DNA of 64,000 bases from Yuukianura sp. NJ FZ-2021 (lineage: Eukaryota), in the NCBI GenBank assembly GCA_046563655.1, contig CM102286.1, forward strand, positions 8,804,001-8,868,000. The letters are read 5' to 3'. Shown here one piece after another: positions 1-14,271 of this stretch (the first letter of the stretch is position 1; each line of letters starts with the position of its first letter). The notes below the pieces were generated by a model. The model searched no databases, was not told the origin of the DNA, and worked only from the letters and a program-made list of their open reading frames with translations. Made by a program: the position numbers and the translations under genes.

Positions 1-447
1 AGTCTTCAAAAAGTCATTCTGGGCTATCTGAGGAGTCAAAATTGCAAACCGAAATTATGCTTGTGAAAGCCCATCTGAAGTGTACTAACCTCAATTTTCT
101 TCGAAAAAATCTATTTTTTTCATTAAAAACTCTCCAAAAAGTCATTCTGGGTTATCTGAGGAGTCAAAATTGCAAACCGAAATTATGCTTCTGAAAGCCC
201 ATCTGAAGTGTTCCAAGCTCAATTTTTCACCAAAAAATCATTTTTTTCATTTAAAACTCCCCAAAAAGTCATTCTGGGCTATCTGAGGAGTCAAAATTGC
301 AAACCGAAATTATGCTTCTGAAAGCCCATCTGAAGTGTTCCAAACTCAATTTTTCACCAAAAAATCATTTTTTTCATTAAATAGTCTTCAAAAAGTCATT
401 CTGGGCTATCTGAGGAGTCAAAATTGCAAACCGAAATTATGTTTGTG

Positions 448-601
448 AAATAAAGTTCATTAACCTTTCCTATTGCAAAACATTGCAAAAGACATTAGTA
501 GTGAAGATTTGTTTCATTTATTTTATCATTTCACTACATTTGGTGGTACGAGCTGCTGAATCCTATGGCTTCCACAGGAAGCGAAAATGCGAAAAGCGAA
601 A
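448..601 (+). mobile_element. 5'-truncated copy of the satellite-embedded LTR+PBS fragment
   Basis: Identical to the 3' part (AAATAAAGTTC...CACTACA TTTGGTGGTACG...GCGAAA) of the full insert at 6756. It joins the satellite through an AAA microhomology. Confidence 0.8.
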
Positions 602-1322
602 ATCATTTTTTTCATTAAATAGTCTTCAAAAAGTCATTCTGGGCTATCTGAGGAGTCAAAATTGCAAACCGAAATTATGCTTGTGAAGGCACATCTGAAG
701 TGTACCAACCTCAATTCTCCGAAAAATCATTTTTTTTTCATTAAATACTCTTCAAAAAGTCATTCTGGGCTATCTGAGGAGTCAAAATTGCAACCCGAAA
801 TTATGCTTCTGAAAGCCCATCTGAAGTGTTCCAAACTCAATGTTTTTCCGAAAAATCCATTTTTTTCATTAAATACTCTTCAAAAAGTCATTCTGGGCTA
901 TCTGAGGAGTCAAAATTGCAAACCGAAATTATGCTTCTGAAAGCCCATATGAAGTGTTCCAAACTCAATTTTTCTCCGAAAAATCCATTTTTTTCATTTA
1001 AAACTCCCCAAAAAGTCATTCTGGGCTATCTGAGGAGTCAAAATTGCAAACCGAAATTATGCTTCTGAAAGCCCATCTGAAGTGTTCCAAACTCAATTTT
1101 TCTCCGAAAAATCCATTTTTTTCATTTAAAACTCCCCAAAAAGTCATTCTGGGCTATCTGAGGAGTCAAAATTGCAAACCGAAATTATGCTTCTGAAAGC
1201 CCATCTGAAGTGTTCCAAACTCAATTTTTCACCAAAAAATCATTTTTTTCATTAAATAGTCTTCAAAAAGTCATTCTGGGCTATCTGAGGAGTCAAAATT
1301 GCAAACCGAAATTATGTTTGTG

Positions 1323-1476
1323 AAATAAAGTTCATTAACCTTTCCTATTGCAAAACATTGCAAAAGACATTAGTAGTGAAGATTTGTTTCATTTATTTTA
1401 TCATTTCACTACATTTGGTGGTACGAGCTGCTGAATCCTATGGCTTCCACAGGAAGCGAAAATGCGAAAAGCGAAA
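1323..1476 (+). mobile_element. 5'-truncated copy of the satellite-embedded LTR+PBS fragment
   Basis: Same sequence and same junctions as 448-601. Confidence 0.8.
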
Positions 1477-4400
1477 ATCATTTTTTTCATTAAATAGTCT
1501 TCAAAAAGTCATTCTGGGCTATCTGAGGAGTCAAAATTGCAAACCGAAATTATGCTTGTGAAAGCCCATCTGAAGTGTTCCAATCTCAATTTTTCTCCGA
1601 AAAATCCATTTTTTTCATTAAATACTCTTCAAAAAGTCATTCTGGGCTATCTGAGGAGTCAAAATTGCAAACCGAAATTATGCTTCTGAAAGCCCATCTG
1701 AAGTGTACCAAACTCAATTTTTCTCAAAAAAAATCCATTTTTTTCATTAAAAACTCCCCAAAAAGTCATTCTGGGCTATCTGAGAAGTCAAAATTGCAAA
1801 CCGAAATTATGCTTGTGAAAGCCCATCTGAAAAGTTCCAAGCTCAATTTTTCACCAAAAACTCCATTTTTTTCATTTAAAACTCCCCAAAAAGTCATTCT
1901 GGGCTATCTGAGGAGTCAAAATTGCAAACCGAAATTATGCTTCTGAAAGCCCATCTGAAGTGTTCCAAACTCAATTTTTCACCAAAAAATCATTTTTTTC
2001 ATTAAATAGTCTTCAAAAAGTCATTCTGGGCTATCTGAGGAGTCAAAATTGCAAACCGAAATTATGTTTGTGAAAGCCCATCTGAAGTGTACTAACCTCA
2101 ATTTTCTTCGAAAAAATCTATTTTTTTCATTAGAAACTCTCCAAAAGTCATTCTGGGTTATCTGAGGAGTCAAAATTGCAAACCGAAATTCTGCTTGTGA
2201 AGGCACATCTGAAAAGTTCCAAGCTCAATTTTTCACCAAAAACTCCATTTTTTTCATTTAAAACTCCCCAAAAAGTCATTCTGGGCTATCTGAGGAGTCA
2301 AAATTGCAAACCGAAATTATGCTTCTGAAAGCCCATCTGAAGTGTTCCAAACTCAATTTTTCACCAAAAAATCATTTTTTTCATTAAATAGTCTTCAAAA
2401 AGTCATTCTGGGCTATCTGAGGAGTCAAAATTGCAAACCGAAATTATATTTGTGAAAGCCCATCTGAAGTGTACTAACCTCAATTTTCTTCGAAAAAATC
2501 TATTTTTTTCATTAAAAACTCTCCAAAAAGTCATTCCCGGCTATCTGAGGAGTCGAAATTGCAAACCGTTATAAAACTTGTTAATGCCCAACTGAAGTGT
2601 ACAAATCTCAATTTTTCTCCGAAAAATCCATTCTTTTCATTTATAACTCACCAAAAAGTCATTCTGGGCTATCTGAGGAGTCAAAATTGCAAACCGAAAT
2701 TATGCTTGTGAAGGCACATCTGAAGTGTACCAATCTCAATTTTTCTCCGAAAAATCATTTTTTTTTCATTAAATACTCTTCAAAAAGTCATTCTGGGCTA
2801 TCTGAGATGTCAAAATTGCAACCCGAAATTATGCTTCTGAAAGCCCATCTGAAGTGTTCCAAACTCAATGTTTTTCCGAAAAATCCATTTTTTTCATTTA
2901 AAACTCACCATAAAGTCATTCTGGGCTATCTGAGGAGTCAAAATTGCAAACCAAAATTATGCTTCTGAAAGCCCATCTGAAGTGTTCCAAACTCAATTTT
3001 TCTCCGAAAAATCCATTTTTTTCATTTAAAACTCCCCAAAAAGTCATTCTGGGCTATCTGAGGAGTCAAAATTGCAACCGAAATTATGCTTGTGAAGGCC
3101 CATCTGAAGTGTTCCAAGCTCAATTTTTCACCAAAAAATCATTTTGTTTTCATTTAAAACTCCCCAAAAAGTCATTCTGGGCTATCTGAGGAGTCAAAAT
3201 TGCAAACCGAAATTATGCTTCTGAAAGCCCATCTGAAGTGTTCCAAACTCAATTTTTCACCAAAAAATCATTTTTTTCATTAAATAGTCTTCAAAAAGTC
3301 ATTCTGGGCTATCTGAGGAGTCAAAATTGCAAACCGAAATTATGCTTCTGAAAGCCCATCTGAAGTGTTCCAAACTCAATTTTTCACCAAAAAATCATTT
3401 TTTTCATTAAATAGTCTTCAAAAAGTCATTCTGGGCTATCTGAGGAGTCAAAATTGCAAACCGAAATTATATTTGTGAAAGCCCATCTGAAGTGTACTAA
3501 CCTCAATTTTCTTCGAAAAAATCCATTTTTTTCATTTAAAACTCACCAAAAAGTCATTCTGGGCTATCTGAGGAGTCAAAATTGCAAACCGTTATAAAAC
3601 TTGTTAATGCCCAACTGAAGTGTACAAATCTCAATTTTTCTCCGAAAAATGCATTTTTTTCATTTATAACTCACCAAAAAGTCATTCTGGGCTATCTGAG
3701 GAGTCAAAATTGCAAACCGAAATTATGCTTGTGAAGGCACATCTGAAGTGTACCAATCTCAATTCTTCTCCGAAAAATCATTTTTTTTTCATTAAATACT
3801 CTTCAAAAAGTCATTCTGGGCTATCTGAGATGTCAAAATTGCAACCCGAAATTATGCTTCTGAAAGCCCATCTGAAGTGTTCCAAACTCAATGTTTTTCC
3901 GAAAAATCCATTTTTTTCATTTAAAACTCACCAAAAAGTCATTCTGGGCTATCTGAGGAGTCAAAATTGCAAACCGAAATTATGCTTCTGAAAGCCCATC
4001 TGAAGTGTTCCAAACTCAATTTTTCTCCGAAAAATCCATTTTTTTCATTTAAAACTCCCCAAAAAGTCATTCTGGGCTATCTGAGGAGTCGAAATTGCAA
4101 ACCGAAATTATGCTTGTGAAAGCCCATCTGAAGTGTTCCAAGCTCAATTTTTCACCAAAAAATCATTCTTTCTTCATTTAAAACTCCCCAAAAAGTCATT
4201 CTGGGCTATCTGAGGAGTCAAAATTGCAAACCGAAATTATGCTTCTGAAAGCCCATCTGAAGTGTTCCAAACTCAATTTTTCACCAAAAAATCATTTTTT
4301 TCATTAAATAGTCTTCAAAAAGTCATTCTGGGCTATCTGAGGAGTCAAAATTGCAAACCGAAATTATGCTTGTGAAAGCCCATCTGAAGTGTACTAACCT

Positions 4401-6755
4401 CAATTTTCTTCGAAAAAATCTATTTTTTTCATTAAAAACTCTCCAAAAAGTCATTCCGGGCAATCTGAGGAGTCAAAATTGCAAACCGAAATTATGCTTG
4501 TGAAGGCACATCTGAAAAGTTCCAAGCTCAATTTTTCACCAAAAACTCCATTTTTTTCATTTAAAACTCCCCAAAAAGTCATTCTGGGCTATCTGAGGAG
4601 TCAAAATTGCAAACCGAAATTATGCTTCTGAAAGCCCATCTGAAGTGTTCCAAACTCAATTTTTCACCAAAAAATCATTTTTTTCATTAAATAGTCTTCA
4701 AAAAGTCATTCTGGGCTATCTGAGGAGTCAAAATTGCACACCGAAATTATGTTTGTGAAAGCCCATCTGAAGTGTACTAACCTCAATTTTCTTCGAAAAA
4801 ATCCATTTTTTTCATTTAAAACTCACCAAAAAGTCATTCTGGGCTATCTGAGGAGTCAAAATTGCAAACCGTTATAAAACTTGTTAATGCCCAACTGAAG
4901 TGTACAAATCTCAATTTTTCTCCGAAAAATCCATTTTTTTCATTTATAACTCACCAAAAAGTCATTCTGGGCTATCTGAGGAGTCAAAATTGCAAACCGA
5001 AATTATGCTTGTGAAAGCACATCTGAAGTGTTCCAATCTCAATTTTTCACCGAAAAATCATTTTTTTCCTTAAAAACTCCCCAAAAAGTCATTCTGGGCT
5101 ATCTGAAGAGTCAAAATTGCAAACCCATATTTTGCTTCTGAAAGCCCATCTGAAGTGTACCAAACTCAATTTTTCTCAAAAAAATCCATTTTTTTCTTAA
5201 AAACTCCCCAAAAAGTCATTCTGGGCTATCTGAAGAGTCAAAATTGCAATCCGATATTATGCTTCTGAAAGCCCATCTGAAGTGTACCAAACTCAATTTT
5301 TCTCAAAAAAATCCATTTTTTCCTTAAAAACTCCCCAAAAAGTCATTCTGGGCTATCTGAGGAGTCAAAATTGCAAACCGAAATTATGCTTCTGAAAGCC
5401 CATCTGAAGTGTTCCAATCTCAATTTTTCTCCGAAAAATCCATTTTGTTCATTAAATACTCTACAAAAAGTCATTCTGGGCTATCTGAAGAGTCAAAATT
5501 GCAAACCGATATTATGCTTCTGAAAGCCCATCTGAAGTGTACCAAACTCAATTTTTCTCAAAAAAATCCATTTTCTTCATTAAAAACTCCCCAAAAAGTC
5601 ATTCTGGGCTATCTGAGGAGTCAAAATTGCATACCAAAATTATGCTTCTGAAAGCCCTTCTGAAGTGTTCCAATCTCAATTTTTCTCCGAAAAATCCATT
5701 TTGTTCAAAAACTCCCCAAAAAGTCATTCTGGGCTATCTGAGGAGTCAAAATTGCAAACCGAAATTATGCTTCTGAAAGCCCATCTGAAGTGTTCCAGAC
5801 TAAATTTTTTACCAAAAAATCATTTTTTTCATTAAATACTCTTCAAAAAGTCATTCTGGGCTATCTGAGGAGTCAAAATTGCAAACCGAAATTATGCTTG
5901 TGAAGGCACATCTGAAGTGTACCAATCTCAATTTTTCTCCGAAAAATCCATTTTTTTCATTTATAACTCACCAAAAAGTCATTCTGGGCTATCTGAGGAG
6001 TCAAAATTGCAAACCGAAATTATGCTTGTGAAGGCACATCTGAAAAGTTCCAAGCTCAATTTTTCACCAAAAACTCCATTTTTTTCATTTAAAACTCCCC
6101 AAAAAGTCATTCTGGGTTATCTGAGGAGTCAAAATTGCAACCCGAAATTATGCTTCTGAAAGCCCATCTGAAGTGTTCCAAACTCAATGTTTTTCCCAAA
6201 AACCCATTTTTTTCATTAAATACTCTTCAAAAAGTCATTCTGGGCTATCTGAGATGTCAAAATTGCAAACCGAAATTATGCTTCTGAAAGCCCATATGAA
6301 GTGTTCCAAACTCAATTTTTCTCCGAAAAATCCATTTTTTTCATTTAAAACTCCCCAAAAAGTCATTCTGGGCTATCTGAGGAGTCAAAATTGCAAACCA
6401 AAATTATGCTTCTGAAAGCCCATCTGAAGTGTTCCAAACTCAATTTTTCTCCGAAAAATCCATTTTTTTCATTTAAAACTCCCCAAAAAGTCATTCTGGG
6501 TTATCTGAGGAGTCAAAATTGCAAACCGAAATTATGCTTGTGAAGGCACATCTGAAAAGTTCCAAGCTCAATTTTTCACCAAAAACTCCATTTTTTTCAT
6601 TTAAAACTCCCCAAAAAGTCATTCTGGGCTATCTGAGGAGTCAAAATTGCAAACCGAAATTATGTTTGTGAAAGCCCATCTGAAGTGTACTAACCTCAAT
6701 TTTCTTCGAAAAAATCTATTTTTTTTATTAGAAACTCTCCAAAAGTCATTCCCGG

Positions 6756-7257
6756 TGTTATGAAACAGTCAATTTCCATAATAACGAGAGTTCACTAGAG
6801 TTCATTGCCAAATTGAATTGTCACTCTAAAAGTAGCTCATTGTTATACTTTTAACAAACACAACCTATGTACAACTTGTCTTTTGTTGTAGTAATTAGAA
6901 GTTAGGCCTACAAATGATTTACATATATTCCAAGTAGGGTAACTTCTGACTCTATTCTACTCCAGTGGTTTCCGGTTGAGTCCCTATAAAAAGGGCTCAG
7001 TCCGGCCAGCAAGATTCATTCTGTTTTCTGCTCTTGACCTCTGGTCAATAGGACTTAGTGTCCTACTCCTACTCCTATGCCTTGTCACAAACTTTGTCCG
7101 TCAAAATAAAGTTCATTAACCTTTCCTATTGCAAAACATTGCAAAAGACATTAGTAGTGAAGATTTGTTTCATTTATTTTATCATTTCACTACATTTGGT
7201 GGTACGAGCTGCTGAATCCTATGGCTTCCACAGGAAGCGAAAATGCGAAAAGCGAAA
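6756..7257 (+). mobile_element. Retrotransposon LTR (6756-7194) plus PBS-like site and about 60 bp of leader, embedded in satellite (copy 1)
   Basis: Starts TGTTATGAAA and ends TTTCACTACA (reverse complement TGTAGTGAAA, 8/10 match). Contains TATAAAA and then AATAAA, and is followed by TTTGGTGGTACGAGC. Confidence 0.8.
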
Positions 7258-9607
7258 ATCATTTTTTTCATTAAATAGTCTTCAAAAAGTGATTCTGGGC
7301 TATCTGAGGAGTCAAAATTGCAAACCGAAATTATGCTTGTGAAGGCACATCTGAAGTATACCAACCTCAATTCTTCTCCGAAAAATCATTTTTTTTTCAT
7401 TAAATACTCTTCAAAAAGTCATTCTGGGCTATCTGAGGAGTCAAAATTGCAACCCGAAATTATGCTTCTGAAAGCCCATCTGAAGTGTTCCAAACTCAAT
7501 GTTTTTCCGAAAAATCCATTTTTTTCATTTAAAACTCCCCAAAAAGTCATTCTGGGCTATCTGAGGAGTCAAAATTGCAAACCGAAATTATATTTGTGAA
7601 AGCCTATCTGAAGTGTACTAACCTCAATTTTCTTCGAAAAAATCTATTTTTTTCATTAAAAACTCTCCAAAAAGTCATTCTGGGCTATCTGAGGAGTCAA
7701 AATTGCAAACCGTTATAAAACTTGTTAATGCCCAACTGAAGTGTACAAATCTCAATTTTTCTCCGAAAAATCCATTTTATTCATTTATAACTCCCCAAAA
7801 AGTCATTCTGGGCTATCTGAGGAGTCAAAATTGCAAACAAAAATTATGCTTCTGAAACACCTTCTGAAGTGTACCAATCTCAATTTTTCTCCGAAAAATC
7901 CATTTTATTCATTAAAAACTCCCCAAAAAGTCATTCTGGGCTATCTGAGGAGTCAAAATTGCAAACCGAAATTATGCTTCTGAAAGCCCATCTGAAGTGT
8001 TCCAAACTCAATTTTTCTCCGAAAAATCCATTTTTTTCATTTAAAACTCCCCAAAAAGTCATTCTGGGTTATCTGAGGAGTCAAAATTGCAAACCGAAAT
8101 TATGCTTCTGAAAGCCCATCTGAAGTGTACCAAGCTCAATTTTTCTAAAAAAAAATCCATTCTTTCCATTAAAAACTCCCCAAAAAGTCATTCTGAGCGA
8201 TGTGTGAGGTCAAAATTGCAAACCAAAATTATGCTTCTGAAAGCCCATCTGAAGTGTACCAATCTCAATTCTTCTCCGAAAAATCATTTTTTTTTCATTA
8301 AATACTCTACAAAAAGTCATTCTGGGCTATCTGAGATGTCAAAATTGCAAACCGAAATTATGCTTCTGAAAGCCCATCTGAAGTGTACCAAGCTCAATTT
8401 TTCTAAAAAAAAATGCATTTTTTCCTTAAAAACTCCCCAAAAAGTCATTCTGGGCTATCTGAAGAGTCAAAATTGCAATCCGATATTATGCTTCTGAAAG
8501 CCCATCTGAAGTGTACCAAACTCAATTTTTCTCAAAAAAATCCATTTTCTTCATTAAAAACTCCCCAAAAAGTCATTCTGGGCTATCTGTGAGGGCAAAA
8601 TTGCAAACCCATATTATGCTTCTGAAAGCCCATCTGAAGTGTTCCAAACTCAATTTTTTACCAAAAAATCATTCTTTTTCATTAAATACTCATCAAAAAG
8701 TCATTCTGGGCAATCTGAGGAGTCAAAATTGCAAACCGAAATTCTGCTTCTGAAAGCCCATATGAAGTGTTCCAATCTCAATTTTTCTCCGAAAAATCCT
8801 TTTTTTTTCATTTATAACTCACCAAAAAGTCATTCTGGGCTATCTGAGGAGTCAAAATTGCAAACCGAAATTATGCTTGTGAAGGCACATCTGAAAAGTT
8901 CCAAGCTCAATTTTTCACCAAAAACTCCATTTTTTTCATTTAAAACTCCCCAAAAAGTCATTCTGGGCTATCTGAGGAGTCAAAATTGCAAACCGAAATT
9001 ATGCTTCTGAAAGCCCATCTGAAGTGTTCCAAACTCAATGTTTTTCCCAAAAACCCATTTTTTTCATTAAATACTCTTCAAAAAGTGATTCTGGGCTATC
9101 TGAGGAGTCAAAATTGCAAACCGAAATTATGCTTCTGAAAGCCCATCTGAAGTGTTCCAAACTCAATTTTTCTCCGAAAAATCCATTTTTTTCATTTAAA
9201 ACTCCCCAAAAAGTCATTCTGGGTTATCTGAGGAGTCAAAATTGCAAACCAAAATTATGCTTCTGAAAGCCCATCTGAAGTGTTCCAAACTCAATTTTTC
9301 TCCGAAAAATCCATTTTTTTCATTTAAAACTCCCCAAAAAGTCATTCTGGGCTATCTGAGGAGTCAAAATTGCAAACCGAAATTATGCTTGTGAAGGCAC
9401 ATCTGAAAAGTTCCAAGCTCAATTTTTCACCAAAAACTCCATTTTTTTCATTTAAAACTCCCCAAAAAGTCATTCTGGGCTATCTGAGGAGTCAAAATTG
9501 CACACCGAAATTATGTTTGTGAAAGCCCATCTGAAGTGTACTAACCTCAATTTTCTTCGAAAAAATCCATTTTTTTCATTTAAAACTCCCCAAAAAGTCA
9601 TTCCCGG

Positions 9608-10110
9608 TGTTATGAAACAGTCAAAATTCCATAATAACGAGAGTTCACTAGAGTTCATTGCCAAATTGAATTGTCACTCTAAAAGTAGCTCATTGTTATA
9701 CTTTTAACAAACACAACCTATGTACAACTTGTCTTTTGTTGTAGTAATTAGAAGTTAGGCCTACAAATGATTTACATATATTCCAAGTAGGGTAACTTCT
9801 GACTCTATTCTACTCCAGTGGTTTCCGGTTGAGTCCCTATAAAAAGGGCTCAGTCCGGCCAGCAAGATTCATTCTGTTTTCTGCTCTTGACCTCTGGTCA
9901 ATAGGACTTAGTGTCCTACTCCTACTCCTATGCCTTGTCACAAACTTTGTCCGTCAAAATAAAGTTCATTAACCTTTCCTATTGCAAAACATTGCAAAAG
10001 ACATTAGTAGTGAAGATTTGTTTCATTTATTTTATCATTTCACTACATTTGGTGGTACGAGCTGCTGAATCCTATGGCTTCCACAGGAAGCGAAAATGCG
10101 AAAAGCGAAA
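9608..10110 (+). mobile_element. Satellite-embedded LTR+PBS fragment (copy 2)
   Basis: Near-identical to 6756-7257 with the same left junction CCCGG|TGTTATG. Confidence 0.8.
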
Positions 10111-10920
10111 ATCATTTTTTTCATTAAATAGTCTTCAAAAAGTCATTCTGGGCTATCTGAGGAGTCAAAATTGCAAACCGAAATTATGCTTGTGAAGGCA
10201 CATCTGAAGTATACCAACCTCAATTCTTCTCCGAAAAATCATTTTTTTTTCATTAAATACTCTTCAAAAAGTCATTCTGGGCTATCTGAGGAGTCAAAAT
10301 TGCAACCCGAAATTATGCTTCTGAAAGCCCATCTGAAGTGTTCCAAACTCAATGTTTTTCCGAAAAATCCATTTTTTTCATTTAAAACTCACCATAAAGT
10401 CATTCTGGGCTATCTGAGGAGTCAAAATTGTAAACCGAAATTATGCTTCTGAAAGCCCATATGAAGTGTTCCAAACTCAATTTTTCTCCGAAAAATCCAT
10501 TTTTTTCATTTAAAACTCCCGAAAAAGTCATTCTGGGCTATCTGAGGAGTCAAAATTGCAACCCGAAATTATGCTTCTGAAAGCCCATCTGAAGTGTTCC
10601 AAACTCAATTTTTCTCCGAAAAATCCATTTTTTTCATTTAAAACTCCCCAAAAAGTCATTCTGGGTTATCTGAGGAGTCAAAATTGCAAACCGAAATTCT
10701 GCTTGTGAAGGCACATCTGAAAAGTTCCAAGCTCAATTTTTCACCAAAAACTCCATTTTTTTCATTTAAAACTCCCCAAAAAGTCATTCTGGGCTATCTG
10801 AGGAGTCAAAATTGCAAACCGAAATTATGTTTGTGAAAGCCCATCTGAAGTGTACTAACCTCAATTTTCTTCGAAAAAATCTATTTTTTTCATTAGAAAC
10901 TCTCCAAAAGTCATTCCCGG

Positions 10921-11422
10921 TGTTATGAAACAGTCAATTTCCATAATAACGAGAGTTCACTAGAGTTCATTGCCAAATTGAATTGTCACTCTAAAAGTAG
11001 CTCATTGTTATACTTTTAACAAACACAACCTATGTACAACTTGTCTTTTGTTGTAGTAATTAGAAGTTAGGCCTACAAATGATTTACATATATTCCAAGT
11101 AGGGTAACTTCTGACTCTATTCTACTCCAGTGGTTTCCGGTTGAGTCCCTATAAAAAGGGCTCAGTCCGGCCAGCAAGATTCATTCTGTTTTCTGCTCTT
11201 GACCTCTGGTCAATAGGACTTAGTGTCCTACTCCTACTCCTATGCCTTGTCACAAACTTTGTCCGTCAAAATAAAGTTCATTAACCTTTCCTATTGCAAA
11301 ACATTGCAAAAGACATTAGTAGTGAAGATTTGTTTCATTTATTTTATCATTTCACTACATTTGGTGGTACGAGCTGCTGAATCCTATGGCTTCCACAGGA
11401 AGCGAAAATGCGAAAAGCGAAA
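10921..11422 (+). mobile_element. Satellite-embedded LTR+PBS fragment (copy 3)
   Basis: Near-identical to copy 1 with the same junctions. Confidence 0.8.
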
Positions 11423-13770
11423 ATCATTTTTTTCATTAAATAGTCTTCAAAAAGTGATTCTGGGCTATCTGAGGAGTCAAAATTGCAAACCGAAATTATG
11501 CTTGTGAAGGCACATCTGAAGTGTACCAACCTCAATTCTTCTCCGAAAAATCATTTTTTTTTCATTAAATACTCTTCAAAAAGTCATTCTGGGCTATCTG
11601 AGGAGTCAAAATTGCAACCCGAAATTATGCTTCTGAAAGCCCATCTGAAGTGTTCCAAACTCAATGTTTTTCCGAAAAATCCATTTTTTTCATTTAAAAC
11701 TCACCATAAAGTCATTCTGGGCTATCTGAGGAGTCAAAATTGCAAACCGAAATTCTGCTTCTGAAAGCCCATATGAAGTGTTCCAAACTCAATTTTTCTC
11801 CGAAAAATCCATTTTTTTCATTTAAAACTCCCGAAAAAGTCATTCTGGGCTATCTGAGGAGTCAAAATTGCAACCCGAAATTATGCTTCTGAAAGCACAT
11901 CTGAAGTGTTCCAAACTCAATTTTTCACCAAAAAATCATTTTTTTTCATTAAATAGTCTTCAAAAAGTCATTCTGGGCTATCTGAGGAGTCAAAATTGCA
12001 AACCGAAATTATGTTTGTGAAAGCCCATCTGAAGTGTACTAACCTCAATTTTCTTCGAAAAAATCTATTTTTTTCATTAAAAACTCTCCAAAAAGTCATT
12101 CCCGGCTATCTGAGGAGTCGAAATTGCAAACCGTTATAAAACTTGTTAATGCCCAACTGAAGTGTACAAATCTCAATTTTTCTCCGAAAAATGCATTTTT
12201 TTCATTTATAACTCACCAAAAAGTCATTCCGGGCAATCTGAGGAGTCAAAATTGCAAACCGAAATTATGCTTGTGAAGGCACATCTGAAGTGTACCAATC
12301 TCAATTCTTCTCCGAAAAATCATTTTTTTTTCATTAAATACTCTTCAAAAAGTCATTCTGGGCTATCTGAGATGTCAAAATTGCAAACCGAAATTATGCT
12401 TCTGAAAGCCCATATGAAGTGTTCCAAACTCAATTTTTCTCCGAAAAATCCATTTTTTTCATTTAAAACTCCCCAAAAAGTCATTCTGGGTTATCTGAGG
12501 AGTCAAAATTGCAAACCAAAATTATGCTTCTGAAAGCCCATCTGAAGTGTTCCAAACTCAATTTTTCTCCGAAAAATCCATTTTTTTCATTTAAAACTCC
12601 CCAAAAAGTCATTCTGGGTTATCTGAGGAGTCAAAATTGCAAACCAAAATTATGCTTCTGAAAGCCCATCTGAAGTGTTCCAAACTCAATTTTTCACCAA
12701 AAAATCATTTTTTTTTCATTAAATAGTCTTCAAAAAGTGATTCTGGGCTATCTGAGGAGTCAAAATTGCAAACCGAAATTATGCTTGTGAAGGCACATCT
12801 GAAGTTTACCAATCTCAATTTTTCTCCGAAAAATCCTTTTTTTTTCATTTATAACTCACCAAAAAGTCATTCTAGGCTATCTGAGGAGTCAAAATTGCAA
12901 ACCGAAATTCTGCTTGTGAAGGCACATCTGAAAAGTTCCAAGCTCAATTTTTCACCAAAAACTCCATTTTTTTCATTTAAAACTCCCCAAAAAGTCATTC
13001 TGGGTTATCTGAGGAGTCAAAATTGCAACCCGAAATTATGCTTCTGAAAGCCCATCTGAAGTGTTCCAAACTCAATGTTTTTCCGAAAAATCCATTTTTT
13101 TCATTAAATACTCTTCAAAAAGTCATTCTGGGCTATCTGAGATGTCAAAATTGCAAACCGAAATTATGCTTCTGAAAGCCCATATGAAGTGTTCCAAACT
13201 CAATTTTTCTCCGAAAAATCCATTTTTTTCATTTAAAACTCCCCAAAAAGTCATTCTGGGTTATCTGAGGAGTCAAAATTGCAAACCAAAATTATGCTTC
13301 TGAAAGCCCATCTGAAGTGTTCCAAACTCAATTTTTCTCCGAAAAATCCATTTTTTTCATTTAAAACTCCCCAAAAAGTCATTCTGGGTTATCTGAGGAG
13401 TCAAAATTGCAAACCGAAATTCTGCTTGTGAAGGCACATCTGAAAAGTTCCAAGCTCAATTTTTCACCAAAAACTCCATTTTTTTCATTTAAAACTCCCC
13501 AAAAAGTCATTCTGGGCTATCTGAGGAGTCAAAATTGCAACCCGAAATTATGCTTCTGAAAGCCCATCTGAAGTGTTCCAAACTCAATTTTTCACCAAAA
13601 AATCATTTTTTTCATTAAATAGTCTTCAAAAAGTCATTCTGGGCTATCTGAGGAGTCAAAATTGCAAACCGAAATTATGTTTGTGAAAGCCCATCTGAAG
13701 TGTACTAACCTCAATTTTCTTCGAAAAAATCTATTTTTTTCATTAGAAACTCTCCAAAAGTCATTCCCGG

Positions 13771-14271
13771 TGTTATGAAACAGTCAATTTCCATAATAAC
13801 GAGAGTTCACTAGAGTTCATTGCCAAATTGAATTGTCACTCTAAAAGTAGCTCATTGTTATACTTTTAACAAACACAACCTATGTACAACTTGTCTTTTG
13901 TTGTAGTAATTAGAAGTTAGGCCTACAAATGATTTACATATATTCCAAGTAGGGTAACTTCTGACTCTTTCTACTCCAGTGGTTTCCGGTTGAGTTCCTA
14001 TAAAAAGGGCTCAGTCCGGCCAGCAAGATTCATTCTGTTTTCTGCTCTTGACCTCTGGTCAATAGGACTTAGTGTCCTACTCCTACTCCTATGCCTTGTC
14101 ACAAACTTTGTCCGTCAAAATAAAGTTCATTAACCTTTCCTATTGCAAAACATTGCAAAAGACATTAGTAGTGAAGATTTGTTTCATTTATTTTATCATT
14201 TCACTACATTTGGTGGTACGAGCTGCTGAATCCTATGGCTTCCACAGGAAGCGAAAATGCGAAAAGCGAAA
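13771..14271 (+). mobile_element. Satellite-embedded LTR+PBS fragment (copy 4)
   Basis: Same junctions. Shares two diagnostic variants (GACTCTTTCTAC, GAGTTCCTATA) with copy 5. Confidence 0.8.
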
